Source: Planctomycetota bacterium (GTDB lineage: Bacteria; Planctomycetota; UBA1135; UBA2386). From it: DNA of 64,000 nt. The notes under the pieces are model-generated. The model ran no database searches and was not told where the DNA came from. It worked only from the letters and a program-made list of their open reading frames with translations. How positions within the stretch are numbered: the first letter of the stretch is position 1; every line of letters begins with the position of its first letter. The translations under genes were made by a program, and so were the position numbers. The stretch covers positions 3,840,001 to 3,904,000 of the forward strand of contig JBKAGP010000001.1 of the NCBI GenBank assembly GCA_046290465.1, written 5' to 3'. Positions 27,953 through 38,594 of this stretch are shown one piece after another.

Positions 27953-29509
27953 TCAGACCTCCTGGTCCTGGCCGTCCTCGCGGAACCGCACGCGATAGAT
28001 GTCGCGTCGCCGGTCGCGCCAGTTCTGCGTCGTGCCGAGGTAGCGGTGACGGCGCAGCAGCTCGATGTCGAGGTCCTTCATGACGATGGTCTCGATGTTC
28101 GGCGTGCACTCGGCGGCGATCGCGTCGGGGCTGAACGGAATGTCCGCCGGCGTGTAGATGCCCGACTGCGCGTAGTGGATGTCGGCGTTCTCGACCTGCG
28201 GCAGGTTGCCGGTGCAGCCGGACAGCACCGTGTAGACGTGGTTCTCGATGCAGCGCGCCATCGCGCAATTGCGCACCCGCAGGTAGCCGTAGCGCTCGTC
28301 CGTGTTGAACGGCACGAAGATCACCTGCGCGCCCTTCTTGGCGGCGATCCGCGCCAGCTCCGGGAACTCGACGTCGTAGCAGATCAGGATCGCGACGCGG
28401 CCGCAGTCGGTGTCGAACACCTCGACCTTGTCGCCGCCGTTGACGCCCCACCACCGCCACTCGGCCGGCGTGATGTGGATCTTGTACTGCTTGCCGATCG
28501 TGCCGTCCCGGCGGAACAGGTACGACACGTTGTAGAGCTTGTCGTTCTCGACGGCGAAGTTGCTGCCGCCGATGATGTTGACGTGGTAGCGGAGCGCGAG
28601 GCCCTGGAACAGCTCCAGGTAGCGCTCGTTGAAGTCGGCCAGCGCGCGCGCGGCCATGCCGGGCCGGACGGCGTCGACCAGCGACAGCAGCTGCGTGGTG
28701 AACAGTTCGGGGAACACGACGAAGTCGCAGCGGTAGTCGCCGGCCGTGTCGACGAAGTGGATGACCTGCTTCTCGAACTGCTCCCACGAGTCGATCGCGC
28801 GCATCATGTACTGCACGGTCGCCAGCCGGACGACCTGCACCGGCCGCATCTCCCGCTTCTGGTGCGGCCGGTAGTCGACGTTGACCCACTCCATGTGGGT
28901 CGCCCAACCGGCGCTGTCCTCGTCGTTGGGCAGGTAGTCGGCGATCAGCTGCTTGAGCTCGAAGCCGTTGGCGAGCTGGGTCGTCAGCACCGGGTCGTAG
29001 AGGGTCTTGTCGGCGACCTTCTTGGCGTACTCGTGCGCCGACATCTCTTCGCTGTGTGGTTGGTAGCCGGGGATCCGGCCGCCGATGACGATCGCCTCGA
29101 GGTTGCGCTCGCGGGCCAGCTTCTTGCGCTCGGTGTAGAGCCGGCGCGCCAGCCGCATGCCGCGGTAGTCGGGATCGACCATGATCTCGATGCCGTAGAG
29201 CACGTCGCCGCCGTCGTCGTGGTTGCGGATGTAGCCGGCGTCGGCGACCGCCTTCCAGTCGTGCCAGTCCGAGCACAGGTCGTAGTCGACGATCAGGCTG
29301 CACGACGACGCGACCAGCTTGCCGTCGTACTCGATGCCGATCTGCCCGTCGGGAAAGTGCTCGATCTGGCTCTCGACGTGCTCGCGCGTCCAGGTCGGCA
29401 TGCCGGGAAAGCACCGCTTCTGCATCGCGACGATCGCTTCGAAGTCGTCCAGGCGGAGGCGGCGGGCGGTTAGCTTCTGCTCGAACTGATCGAGGGGGAT
29501 CGGATCCAT
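27953..29509 (-). CDS. Bifunctional GNAT acetyltransferase / carbon-nitrogen hydrolase
   Basis: N-terminal [43 protein letters not shown]-terminal nitrilase triad motifs: [21 protein letters not shown]. Confidence 0.92.
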   Translation of the reverse strand: MDPIPLDQFEQKLTARRLRLDDFEAIVAMQKRCFPGMPTWTREHVESQIEHFPDGQIGIEYDGKLVASSCSLIVDYDLCSDWHDWKAVADAGYIRNHDDGGDVLYGIEIMVDPDYRGMRLARRLYTERKKLARERNLEAIVIGGRIPGYQPHSEEMSAHEYAKKVADKTLYDPVLTTQLANGFELKQLIADYLPNDEDSAGWATHMEWVNVDYRPHQKREMRPVQVVRLATVQYMMRAIDSWEQFEKQVIHFVDTAGDYRCDFVVFPELFTTQLLSLVDAVRPGMAARALADFNERYLELFQGLALRYHVNIIGGSNFAVENDKLYNVSYLFRRDGTIGKQYKIHITPAEWRWWGVNGGDKVEVFDTDCGRVAILICYDVEFPELARIAAKKGAQVIFVPFNTDERYGYLRVRNCAMARCIENHVYTVLSGCTGNLPQVENADIHYAQSGIYTPADIPFSPDAIAAECTPNIETIVMKDLDIELLRRHRYLGTTQNWRDRRRDIYRVRFREDGQDQEV

Positions 29510-29538
29510 GCAAGGCATGCTAACCGCTCGTCGTGCGG

Positions 29539-29826
29539 TTACTGGACCACGACCCGGCAGGTGGTGCGGCGATCGCCGCGGCCGATCCAGATGCGCAGCA
29601 CGCTGCCGGAAGGTGCCGCCGGCACCTCGAGCGTCACGCGCCCGTTCGGCGCGACGAGCCGCCAGCGCACGTGGCGGCTGCCTTCGACGGCGTAGCAGAC
29701 GCGCATCGCGCCCGGCCCGACGTCGACGACGATCGCGGCACCGGCCGGGGCGCTCGCCGGCGCGCGGATCTGGGCACCGAGCGAGCCGGCCAGCAGCAGC
29801 GCGACGACAACAGACGCGCACCTCAT
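29539..29826 (-). CDS. Small secreted hypothetical protein
   Basis: [19 protein letters not shown] signal-like start, overlapping the upstream stop (ATGA). About 95 aa. Confidence 0.55.
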   Translation of the reverse strand: MRCASVVVALLLAGSLGAQIRAPASAPAGAAIVVDVGPGAMRVCYAVEGSRHVRWRLVAPNGRVTLEVPAAPSGSVLRIWIGRGDRRTTCRVVVQ

Positions 29827-30914
29827 TGGTGTTCGAGGCGCAGCACGTGCGCGGTGTGGGCCGCAGCGTGACCTTCCGCATCGAGCGGGTGGCCGTAGAC
29901 GGTCGCCATGTCGAGCGACGGCAGCGTCGCGGCGATCACGCCGCGGGTCGCGTTGCTGGCCGCGACCTGCGCGAGGTCGAACCACTGCGCCGACAGCGAC
30001 GCGCCGCACAGGGCGGGATCGTCGGGCACCCACACGTCGAGCCAGGCCTCGCCGCCGAACGGCTGCTCCTCGGGCTCGGGCATCGGCGTGAACACCGCCG
30101 GCAGCACGACGTGCAACGACCCGAGGTGCAGCGCGCAGCCGGGCCCGGCCAGCATCGACGCCGGCAGGCCGAGCGCCGCCAGCGGAACGGGTGCGGCACC
30201 GAGCGTGCCGAACGCGGCCAGCGCGACGCCGCCGGGGGTGCCGTTGGCGAAGAACTGCGTGTGGCCGCCGGCGACGAATCCGACCGCCGCGCTCCACTCC
30301 CCGTTGGCGCCGCCGTAGGCACCGCAACCGCTGCCGACCGACGTCGCGCGGGTCTGGCTCGCCAGGCTCTCGGCGTCGGCCAGCCACCACACCGCCCCGG
30401 TGATCGGCGCGCCGACGACGTCGACGCACAGCGTCCCGCCGGTGTAGACGAACGGCGTCTGCAGGTCGACGCGCACCGTGTTGTCGCTGTCCCACGCGAC
30501 CTGTGGGCCGGGCTCGGCCGGCGATGCGGGCGCGTGCAGCACGCCGGCGAACACCTGCACGGCGTCGGCGCCGACGTGGCTCGCGAACGTCGTCGACGTC
30601 TGCAGCGGCGAACGCGGCGACGTCGACATCGTGACGGTGACCTGGGCCGCGCCGGCCGGATAGGCCTCGCCGTCTGCGCTGCGCCGAAGTTCGAACGCGG
30701 TGATCGCGTGTCCGAGCAGGCTGGCGAGGTGGCTCGGGCCGACCAGCGTCTGCACGCGCATCGGGCCGCCGATGCCGGCCACCGGCAGGTGGCGGACCGC
30801 GTCGAGATCGGAGAAGGCGGCCGGAACGACCGTTTGCTGTTGGGCTTGCGCGGCCGCGGCCATCGCGGCGGCGATCATCGCGGCGGTCGCGCCGCGCGGG
30901 AGAACCAGTTGCAT
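29823..30914 (-). CDS. Secreted hypothetical protein with a divergent copy of the tail domain
   Basis: Signal peptide (AAAQAQ). VGSGC...PGCALH...[16 protein letters not shown]...SNA. Confidence 0.75.
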   Translation of the reverse strand: MQLVLPRGATAAMIAAAMAAAAQAQQQTVVPAAFSDLDAVRHLPVAGIGGPMRVQTLVGPSHLASLLGHAITAFELRRSADGEAYPAGAAQVTVTMSTSPRSPLQTSTTFASHVGADAVQVFAGVLHAPASPAEPGPQVAWDSDNTVRVDLQTPFVYTGGTLCVDVVGAPITGAVWWLADAESLASQTRATSVGSGCGAYGGANGEWSAAVGFVAGGHTQFFANGTPGGVALAAFGTLGAAPVPLAALGLPASMLAGPGCALHLGSLHVVLPAVFTPMPEPEEQPFGGEAWLDVWVPDDPALCGASLSAQWFDLAQVAASNATRGVIAATLPSLDMATVYGHPLDAEGHAAAHTAHVLRLEHQ

Positions 30915-31051
30915 GAGCGTGTTCCTCGTTATCGGGGGAGTGGTCTGGAGGGATCAGCAGTCCCTTCCAGGTGCACCACCGGGGGGCATTCGCCCCATGG
31001 CCCCGGCCGCCGCCATGCCCTAACCTGTTCTCCCCACCCAACGAGACCCCG

Positions 31052-31969
31052 ATGCAAAGCACGCGATTCCTCCCTGTCCTGACCGCGCTCGTCCTCGCCG
31101 CCGCCGCCACGGCGCAGGACAAGAAGCTCGACGCCAACAAGTACGACCACTTCGGCGACGGCATCACCGTCGGCTCCGAGCCGCTGACGCTGCGCGCGGC
31201 CCTGAAGAACGCCAAGGAACTCGACGGCAAGACCGTTCGCGTGCGCGCGCCGATCACCGGTGTCTGCCAGGTGAAGGGCTGCTGGATGAACCTCGGCAAG
31301 CCGGACCAGAAGGGCAACCCGCCGATGTTCGTCAAGTTCAAGGACTACGGCTTCTTCATGCCCAAGGACGCGAGCGGCCGCGTCGCGATCGTCGAGGGCA
31401 CGATGTCGTTCAAGCAGGAGACCGTCGCCGAGACGCGGCACTACCTCGAGGACGCCGGCAAGCACGAGGAGGCCAAGAAGGTCACCGAGGGCCGCAAGGT
31501 GCTGCGCTTCATGGCCAGCGGCGTCGCGATCGAGAAGCCGATCGACCTGACGACCTACCAGCACTTCGGCGCCGGCATCGAGAAGGGCACAGCACCGGTC
31601 ACGCTCGCCGAGGTGATGGAGTCGCCGAAGGACTTCGTCGGCAAGAAGGTGCGCGTGCGCGGCCCGATCACCGGCGTCTGCCAGGTGAAGGGCTGCTGGA
31701 TGAACCTCGGCAAGCCGGACGCGAAGGGCAACCCGCCGATCTTCGTCAAGTTCAAGGACTACGCGTTCTTCGTGCCCAAGGACGCCAGCGGCCGCGACGC
31801 GATCCTCGAGGGCCAGCTGTCGTTCAAGCAGGAGACCGTCGCCGAGACCCGTCACTACCTCGAGGACGCCGGCAAGCACGAGCAGGCCAAGAAGGTCACC
31901 GAGGGCCGCAAGGTGCTGCGCTTCATGGCCGACGGCGTCGCGATCGAGAAGCCGGCGAAGAAGAAGTAG
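31052..31969 (+). CDS. Secreted tandem DUF4920-domain protein
   Basis: Signal peptide. Two copies of VCQVKGCWM...VKFKDY.FF.PKD..GR....EG...HYLEDAGK...F.A.GV.I. Confidence 0.85.
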   Translation: MQSTRFLPVLTALVLAAAATAQDKKLDANKYDHFGDGITVGSEPLTLRAALKNAKELDGKTVRVRAPITGVCQVKGCWMNLGKPDQKGNPPMFVKFKDYGFFMPKDASGRVAIVEGTMSFKQETVAETRHYLEDAGKHEEAKKVTEGRKVLRFMASGVAIEKPIDLTTYQHFGAGIEKGTAPVTLAEVMESPKDFVGKKVRVRGPITGVCQVKGCWMNLGKPDAKGNPPIFVKFKDYAFFVPKDASGRDAILEGQLSFKQETVAETRHYLEDAGKHEQAKKVTEGRKVLRFMADGVAIEKPAKKK

Positions 31970-32044
31970 CCCGCCGCGCCGCAAGACCTGCACCGAATCG
32001 GTCCCGGTTCGGGCAGCCGGGGCTCGCGGCGTAGGATGCGCGCC

Positions 32045-34549
32045 ATGAAGCTGCATGGCGCGATCCTGACGATCACCCTGCTCGGCGCGGCCCCCCGTGC
32101 GGCCGCGCAGCAGGACGGCGCAGCCGCCGTGCTCCAGCGCTACTGCCTGGACTGCCACGGCGCCGACGAGCCCGAGGCCGACGTGCGGCTCGACAACCTC
32201 GCGCAGCTGCCGGTCGCCGAGCGCACCGACCTGATCGAGCGCGTGCGCGAGATGCTGCGCTTCGGCGAGATGCCTCCCGAGGAGGAGCCGCAGCCGACCG
32301 ACGCCGAGCAGAAGCTGCTCGACGCCTGGCTCGACGACCTCAGCGACAGCGCCGCGGTGCGCGAGAAGCTGCGCCACCCGCACTACGGCAACGTCGTTGA
32401 CCACGACCGGCTGTTCGCCGGCGACGCGGACGCGAAGGCGTTCACGCCGGCACGGCGCTGGCTGGTCAGCCCGCAGATTTTCCACGAGCGCGTCATGGAC
32501 GTGTTCAAGCTCGAGGGGCGCGACCGCGACAACAAGCAGCACCGTGGCTTCGTCGGCGTCACCAACCCGTTCGTGCTGCCCGACCGCTCGGGCGTGCGCG
32601 ACTACGACGTCGACGCGCTCGACGGCGGCGACCTGCTGGTGATGCTCGGCAACGCGCGCTGGATCGCCGACCGCCAGATCCTGATGGCGCGCCGGCTCGG
32701 CGGCGAACGCCAGATCGCGTTCGCCGACAAGCGCGACCGCTGGATGCCGCGCCAGATCGCGAAGTCCTACGCCGCGTTCACGACGATCGTGAAGCTCGAG
32801 GGCACCCCCAGCGACGACCAGATCGACGCGGCGGTGCAGGAGCAGTTCGACTGCGTGCTGCGCCGGCCCGCGTCCGCAGACGAGCTCGCGCGCTACCGCA
32901 AGCTCGCCACGGAGTCGATCGCGCTCGGCGGCAACGTCGCGGGACTGCGCCAGATGATGATTGCGGTGCTGCTCGAGTCGGAGTTCGTCTACCGCGTCGA
33001 GTTCGGCGACGGTGAGGTCGACGACCACGGCCGCGCGCGGCTCAGCGGGCGCGAGGCGGCCTACGCAATCTCGTACGCGCTCGGCGACCGCCGCCCCGAC
33101 GCCGCACTGCTCGAGGCCGCGCGCCGCGGCAAGCTGCGCAGCCGCGACGACTACGCCCGCGAGGTCCGCCGGCTGCTCGCCGACGAGAGCTACTACCGCG
33201 GCCAGATCGACCCGTCGCTCAATGGCAAGCACTACCGCTCCAACGTCACCAGCCACCCGAAGGTCGTGCGGTTCTTCCGCGAGTTCTTCGGCTACCCGGG
33301 CGCGACCAAGGTCTTCAAGGACCCGCCGCGCAGCGGCGGCATCTACCAGAACCCGGGCCGCGGCACGGTCGGCACGCCGGGCCGGCTGATCCTCGAGACC
33401 GACCGCATCGTCACGCGCTTCGTCGAGGCCGACCGCGACGTGTTTCGCGAACTGCTGACGTCGGACCGGTTCTTCGTCTACCACGACAAGACCAACGAGC
33501 AGGGCGAGCAGATCCTCGAGGAGTGGCGCTCGGTCTACGAGCGCCTCAAGGACACCGACTGGATCGGACAGCCGCAGAAGGTGCTCGACGACCACCTCGC
33601 GTTCCTGAAGTCCATCAAGTCGATGCGCGTGCGCGACGCGTCCAAGCCGGGCGAGCTGGTCAACTACATGCACTTCTTCACGGAGCACTTCGGACGCGGC
33701 ATCCGCCCGTTCACGACCGTTCCGTGGGCGCACGGCTACACGTTCCACCACGCGCCGCTCTACAACCTGCCGCCGACGCCGCGCATCGGCCGCTACGGCA
33801 GCTGGAAGTCGACCAAGTACACCGGCGACAAGGTCGAGAAGCGCGACTTCTGGGACTACAGCCCGACCCAGCCGATCGCGCTTGAGCACCGCAAGGGTGT
33901 GCTGACGCACCCGTCGTGGTTGATCGCGCATTCGACCAACTTCCACCCGGACGCGATCCGCCGCGGTCGCTGGATCCGCGAGAAGCTGCTCGCCGGCCGC
34001 GTGCCGGACGTGCCGATCACTGTCGACGCACAGGTGCCGGACGATCCGCACCGCACGTTCCGCCAGCGCGTCGAGGACGTGACCGCGCCGCAGGAGTGCA
34101 ACCGCTGCCACCGGCACATGAACCCGCTCGGGCTGCCGTTTGAGGCGTTCGACGACTTCGGCCGGTTCCGCGCGGTCGAGTCGATGGAGCACCCGGACAA
34201 CCTGATCCGTCGCGGCAACGGCAAGACCACGTTCGACGTCTACCCGACCGAGCCGGTGGTGACGACCGGCCGCCTCGACGGCACCGGCGATCCGGCGCTC
34301 GACGGCGACGTCGCCGACCCGTTCGAGCTGATCGACCGGCTGTCGCGCTCGACGCGCGTGCGGCAGTCGATCATCCGCCACGCGTTCCGCTTCTACCTCG
34401 GGCGCAACGAGCAGCTGTCCGATGCCCAGACGCTGGTCGACGCGGACCGCGCCTACGTCGACAATGACGGCAGCTTCCGCGCGGTGATCGTCTCGCTGCT
34501 ATCCTCCGACTCGTTCCGCTTCCGCAAGGATCTCGACGACCAGCAATGA
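32045..34549 (+). CDS. DUF1592/DUF1588-family protein with planctomycete-type cytochrome c
   Basis: YCLDCHG...EMPPEEEPQP, RKGVLTHPSWL, IRRGRWIREKLL, CNRCH..MNPLGLPFE.FD.FGRFR. Confidence 0.88.
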   Translation: MKLHGAILTITLLGAAPRAAAQQDGAAAVLQRYCLDCHGADEPEADVRLDNLAQLPVAERTDLIERVREMLRFGEMPPEEEPQPTDAEQKLLDAWLDDLSDSAAVREKLRHPHYGNVVDHDRLFAGDADAKAFTPARRWLVSPQIFHERVMDVFKLEGRDRDNKQHRGFVGVTNPFVLPDRSGVRDYDVDALDGGDLLVMLGNARWIADRQILMARRLGGERQIAFADKRDRWMPRQIAKSYAAFTTIVKLEGTPSDDQIDAAVQEQFDCVLRRPASADELARYRKLATESIALGGNVAGLRQMMIAVLLESEFVYRVEFGDGEVDDHGRARLSGREAAYAISYALGDRRPDAALLEAARRGKLRSRDDYAREVRRLLADESYYRGQIDPSLNGKHYRSNVTSHPKVVRFFREFFGYPGATKVFKDPPRSGGIYQNPGRGTVGTPGRLILETDRIVTRFVEADRDVFRELLTSDRFFVYHDKTNEQGEQILEEWRSVYERLKDTDWIGQPQKVLDDHLAFLKSIKSMRVRDASKPGELVNYMHFFTEHFGRGIRPFTTVPWAHGYTFHHAPLYNLPPTPRIGRYGSWKSTKYTGDKVEKRDFWDYSPTQPIALEHRKGVLTHPSWLIAHSTNFHPDAIRRGRWIREKLLAGRVPDVPITVDAQVPDDPHRTFRQRVEDVTAPQECNRCHRHMNPLGLPFEAFDDFGRFRAVESMEHPDNLIRRGNGKTTFDVYPTEPVVTTGRLDGTGDPALDGDVADPFELIDRLSRSTRVRQSIIRHAFRFYLGRNEQLSDAQTLVDADRAYVDNDGSFRAVIVSLLSSDSFRFRKDLDDQQ

Positions 34550-35946
34550 ACACCCGCCGCGACTTCCTGAGGAACAGCCTGTTCAGCGCCGGCGCGATGG
34601 CGTGCCTGGACACCAGCCAGCTGTTCGCCCGCCCCGAACGTCCGCCGATGCGGTTCGTGTTCATGCACCGCGGCAACGGCCTGTGGCCCAAGGTCATGGT
34701 GCCGCCGAGCTTCGACAAGAAGCTGCTCGAGAAGGAGCGCCGCAAGGAGGCCTACGAGGTCGACCTCGACGGCCACGAGCTGCCGAAGTGGCTGCAGCCG
34801 GTCGCCGGCCACGTCGACCACCTGACGCTGCTGCAGGGCCTGTCGGGCAAGATGTGCACGACCGGCCACCACTCATGGTGCTCGTCGCTCGGCGCCTACA
34901 AGGCGAACGAACGGCTGAGCTCGATCCGTTGGGCGACCGTCGACTTCGAGCTTGCCAGGCTGTTCCCGTCGCCGGCCGAGCACATCGAGCTGGCGTGCTT
35001 CCCGCTCGGCGGCGGCAACGCCCGCGGCGACCTCGACGGCATCGCGACCGGCTTCTCGGCGCGCGGCCCGCAGCAGCCCAACTACGCGTTCGGCTCGCCC
35101 CGCATCGCACTCGAGCAGCTGTTCAAGTCGGTCTCCGCCGACAAGTCGGCGCAGGCCGAGTACGCGCTCGAGCGGCGCCTGCTGAAGTTCGTCGCCGAGA
35201 ACGAGGGCGAGACCGCCGGCACCCTCGCCGGCATCGAGAAGGCCAAGGTGCAGGGCTACGCCGACTCGCTCGAGGCGATCCGCGAGCGCAACCGCAAGAT
35301 CGACGGCATGGCGGAGCGCATCCGCGAGCACGTGCCGGTGCTCGACGAGAAGCTGCTGGCCGGCGACATCACGACGATCCAGCGCCAGCAGGGCCATGCA
35401 GAGGTGCTGCTCGGCGCGCTGATCAGCGGCCTGACCAACGTCGTCGCGTTCACAGTCGACGAGCTCGGCCACATCTACACCGGCATCGACGGCATCGAGG
35501 GCGAGAAGGTCAACATGCACGACGTCGGCCACAACAAGCCGTTCGGCGGCGTGGCCGCGCCGGAGATCCGCGCGCGGGCGCGTACGCACCACATGCGGCT
35601 GATGGACACGATCGTCAGCCGCCTGAAGGCCGTGCCCGAGGGCGACGGCACGATGTTCGACAACACGATGGTCTGCTACTTCCCCGACGGCGGCGAGACG
35701 CACCACAGCCACGGCACGGAGTTCCCGTTCGTGGTGGTCGCCGGCGACAACGCCAAGGTGCAGCTCGGCCGCCGCTACATCCGCCTGCCGAACTACGGCA
35801 AGCCGGGCCACAAGACACTCGGCAACTGGTACACGACGCTGCTCAACGCCTACGGCAGCCCGATCGAGCACTTCGGCGCGCCCGACACCGGCCTCGACAA
35901 GTTCGGCATCGACCAGCGCGGCCCGATCGCGCAGTTCCTGGCCTAG
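34546..35946 (+). CDS. DUF1552 family protein (Tat signal)
   Basis: TRRDFLR Tat motif, RFVF...NG, L.AVPEGDGTMFDNT, HHSHG...P. Coupled (ATGA) to the DUF1592 gene. Confidence 0.85.
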   Translation: MNTRRDFLRNSLFSAGAMACLDTSQLFARPERPPMRFVFMHRGNGLWPKVMVPPSFDKKLLEKERRKEAYEVDLDGHELPKWLQPVAGHVDHLTLLQGLSGKMCTTGHHSWCSSLGAYKANERLSSIRWATVDFELARLFPSPAEHIELACFPLGGGNARGDLDGIATGFSARGPQQPNYAFGSPRIALEQLFKSVSADKSAQAEYALERRLLKFVAENEGETAGTLAGIEKAKVQGYADSLEAIRERNRKIDGMAERIREHVPVLDEKLLAGDITTIQRQQGHAEVLLGALISGLTNVVAFTVDELGHIYTGIDGIEGEKVNMHDVGHNKPFGGVAAPEIRARARTHHMRLMDTIVSRLKAVPEGDGTMFDNTMVCYFPDGGETHHSHGTEFPFVVVAGDNAKVQLGRRYIRLPNYGKPGHKTLGNWYTTLLNAYGSPIEHFGAPDTGLDKFGIDQRGPIAQFLA

Positions 35947-36995
35947 AGGCCGGCGCGGCGCAGGCGGTCGGCGACCGCCTGCCAGGCCGGGTCGTCCGGC
36001 AGCCGCTCGACGAACGCGACGGCGCAGCCGCTCGCGCCGATCCGGTGCAGCGCCGCGTAGAGCTGCTGCGCGAAGCCCTCGGCGTCGGTCGGCAGCACCT
36101 CGCGTAGCGCGGCCGTCGCGGCGCCGCGGTCGTCGCCGCGCGCGAGCACCGCGAACGGTCCATCGTGCGCCGGCAGCGACAGGTCGCCGGAGGCGTCGCG
36201 GTCGACGGCCACCAGCGGCACGCCCGGCGCGTAGTGCCGTTCGACCCGGCCCGGCGAGCGGCGCGCGGCGCCACCGTCCTCGTCGGCCGACGGCTCGGCC
36301 ACGCGGAAGCCCGCCTGCTCGAGCCGTGCGCGCGAGATCCCGCCGTGGCGCAGCAGCACGACGCGTTCGCCGCCCGCGGGGTCCGGCTCGACCGCGACCA
36401 CCGTCGACTCGATGCCGACCGTCGTCGGCCCGCCATCGACCACCGCATCGATGCGGTCGCCGAGCTGGTCGAGCACGTGCTGCGCGATCGTCGGCGACAC
36501 CTTGGTGAAGGGGTTGGCGCTCGGCGCCGCCAGCGGCACGCCGGCCGCCGCGATCAGCGCGCGCGCCACCGGATGCGCGGGCACCCGCACCCCGACCGTG
36601 TCGAGGCCGCCGGTGACCACGTCGGGGACCACGTCGCGCCGCGGCAGCACCAGCGTCAACGGGCCGGGCCAGAACGCCTCGGCCAGCCGCCGCGCCGTCT
36701 CCGGCATCGCCGCCGCGACCTCACCGACGCGCGCGACGTCGTCGAGGTGCACGATCAGCGGGTTGAACGACGGCCGTCCCTTGGCCGCGAATACCCGCCG
36801 CACCGCGGCGGCGTCGAGCGCGTTGGCGCCGAGGCCGTAGACCGTCTCGGTAGGAAACGCCACCAGCCTGCCCTCGCGCAACCACCGGCCCGGCTCGCGC
36901 AGCGCCTCGTCGAGCGCCGCCGGGTCGCGCGCATCGACGCACACCCGCACGGCCATCGGGCGCGGCTCGGGGTCCTCGTGGTCGTCTGCGGGCAT
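35943..36995 (-). CDS. sua5: L-threonylcarbamoyladenylate synthase (Sua5 type)
   Basis: VAFPTETVYGLGANA, AKGRPSFNPLIVH, FWPGPLTLVL, AAPSAN, GIESTVV, SPG...HYAP, plus the SUA5 C-terminal domain. Confidence 0.95.
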   Translation of the reverse strand: MPADDHEDPEPRPMAVRVCVDARDPAALDEALREPGRWLREGRLVAFPTETVYGLGANALDAAAVRRVFAAKGRPSFNPLIVHLDDVARVGEVAAAMPETARRLAEAFWPGPLTLVLPRRDVVPDVVTGGLDTVGVRVPAHPVARALIAAAGVPLAAPSANPFTKVSPTIAQHVLDQLGDRIDAVVDGGPTTVGIESTVVAVEPDPAGGERVVLLRHGGISRARLEQAGFRVAEPSADEDGGAARRSPGRVERHYAPGVPLVAVDRDASGDLSLPAHDGPFAVLARGDDRGAATAALREVLPTDAEGFAQQLYAALHRIGASGCAVAFVERLPDDPAWQAVADRLRRAGL

Positions 36996-37041
36996 CCGGG
37001 CGATTCTCGGCCCGCGGCCACCGCGAAAACAACCCGGCCGC

Positions 37042-38541
37042 TCACTTCTTCGCGGCGCCCTGCTGCGGCTGGCACCACATCCGATACGGATCGTCCAGCC
37101 GCTCCATCTCCGCCAGCAGCAGCGCCTCCATCTCGGCGCGCTTCTCGGCGTAGCGCGGCTCGTGCGCGAGGTTGACCTGGTCTCGCCGCGGCTCGTTGCC
37201 GGTCAACGCCGCGACCACGTCGACGGCGTGCTGCTCGAGCAGTTCGTTCGGGTTGCTGACCAGGTTGAACAGCTGCGTCTTCCGCACCGACCCGTCGAGC
37301 ACGTCGTACTGGATCAGCTTCCAGTCGCCCTTGCGCACGCAACGCATGCCCGGCTTGGTGCCGCCGGCGTAGACGCCGTAGAGCACGTCACGAACGACCG
37401 ACTGCGACCCCGTCAGCACCGGCTTCATGCTCTTGCCCTCGACGGTGTCCGGCGGCGCGATGCCGGCGAAGTCGCACAGCGTCGGCAGCAGGTCGAGCAG
37501 GTAGACGTTGCCGCGCACGCGCGCCTGCTTCGACACGCCGGGGCCCGAGACGATCATCGGCACGCGCCAGGTGTGCTCGTAGAGGTTCTGCTTGCCCTGC
37601 AGACCGTGGCGGCCGATCGCCATGCCGTGGTCGGCCGTGTAGACGACGATCGTGTCGTCGAGCTCACCCATCTGGCGCAGGCGTTCGAGCACGCGGCCGA
37701 TCTGGATGTCGATGTTCTCGTTGCACGCGAACTGCCGGCCGAGCTCGTTGCGGATCGTGCGCTCGTCGCGGCGCCGCTTGACGCCCTGCACGTTGACCTC
37801 GTCGCGCAGCCCCGGCTGGCCGTGGTGGAACGGGTGCGCCGGCAGCCAGTTGGCCGGCAGCGGCGGCGCGTTCTCGGACGGCTCCCCGAGCGCGCCCTCG
37901 TTCTGGGCGCCGTAGTGCGCGAGCAGCTCCGGCGGAGCCCAGCGCGGATCGTGCGGGTGCGAGAAGCCGAAGTAGATCAAGAACGGGTCCTCGTCGTCCG
38001 TCCGCTCGCGTTCGGCCAGGTAGTCCAGCACCCGCTCGGCGTGCCACGGCGAGCCGTTCTGGGGGTCCGCCTTGCGGCAGGTCTTGTCGTGCACGACCGT
38101 GAACTGCGCGTTGGCCTGCTGGTAGCTGTTGCCGCGCTTGCACGTGCGCATCGTGTCGTAGCCGGCTCGGTTGAACACCGCCGCGAGCGTCTTGCCCGGC
38201 AGGTCGCCCGGACACAGCGGGTTCTGCTTCTCGCCGCGGATGCCGCGCCTGGGCAGGTGCCAGACCGTGCGTCCGCTCATGATCATGTGGCGCGACGGCG
38301 TGCACACCGCACCGGACCAAGAACCCATGTGGTAGGCGCCGTCGACGACCGTGCCGTTCTCGGCGAGCCGGTCGATCACCGGCGTGCGGCACGGCGACTT
38401 CGGGTCGTAGACCGTGAGGTCGAACGGCGACTGGTCGTCGACGACGATCAGCAGGATGTTGGGCCGCTTCTGCGCGAGCAGTGGGCCGACGGCAAACGCG
38501 AACACGCTGACGAGCAGCGAAACAGCGGAGCGGATGTGCAT
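37042..38541 (-). CDS. Sulfatase
   Basis: RPNILLIVVDDQ, CTPSR (CxPxR), YTADHG, GKQNLYE...VPMI..GPG, LLDLLPTL. Confidence 0.92.
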   Translation of the reverse strand: MHIRSAVSLLVSVFAFAVGPLLAQKRPNILLIVVDDQSPFDLTVYDPKSPCRTPVIDRLAENGTVVDGAYHMGSWSGAVCTPSRHMIMSGRTVWHLPRRGIRGEKQNPLCPGDLPGKTLAAVFNRAGYDTMRTCKRGNSYQQANAQFTVVHDKTCRKADPQNGSPWHAERVLDYLAERERTDDEDPFLIYFGFSHPHDPRWAPPELLAHYGAQNEGALGEPSENAPPLPANWLPAHPFHHGQPGLRDEVNVQGVKRRRDERTIRNELGRQFACNENIDIQIGRVLERLRQMGELDDTIVVYTADHGMAIGRHGLQGKQNLYEHTWRVPMIVSGPGVSKQARVRGNVYLLDLLPTLCDFAGIAPPDTVEGKSMKPVLTGSQSVVRDVLYGVYAGGTKPGMRCVRKGDWKLIQYDVLDGSVRKTQLFNLVSNPNELLEQHAVDVVAALTGNEPRRDQVNLAHEPRYAEKRAEMEALLLAEMERLDDPYRMWCQPQQGAAKK

Positions 38542-38594
38542 GGGCGCGGACGTTGCGGGAGACTGGCGGCCCGCATCGTCTCACTGCGCGCCCC

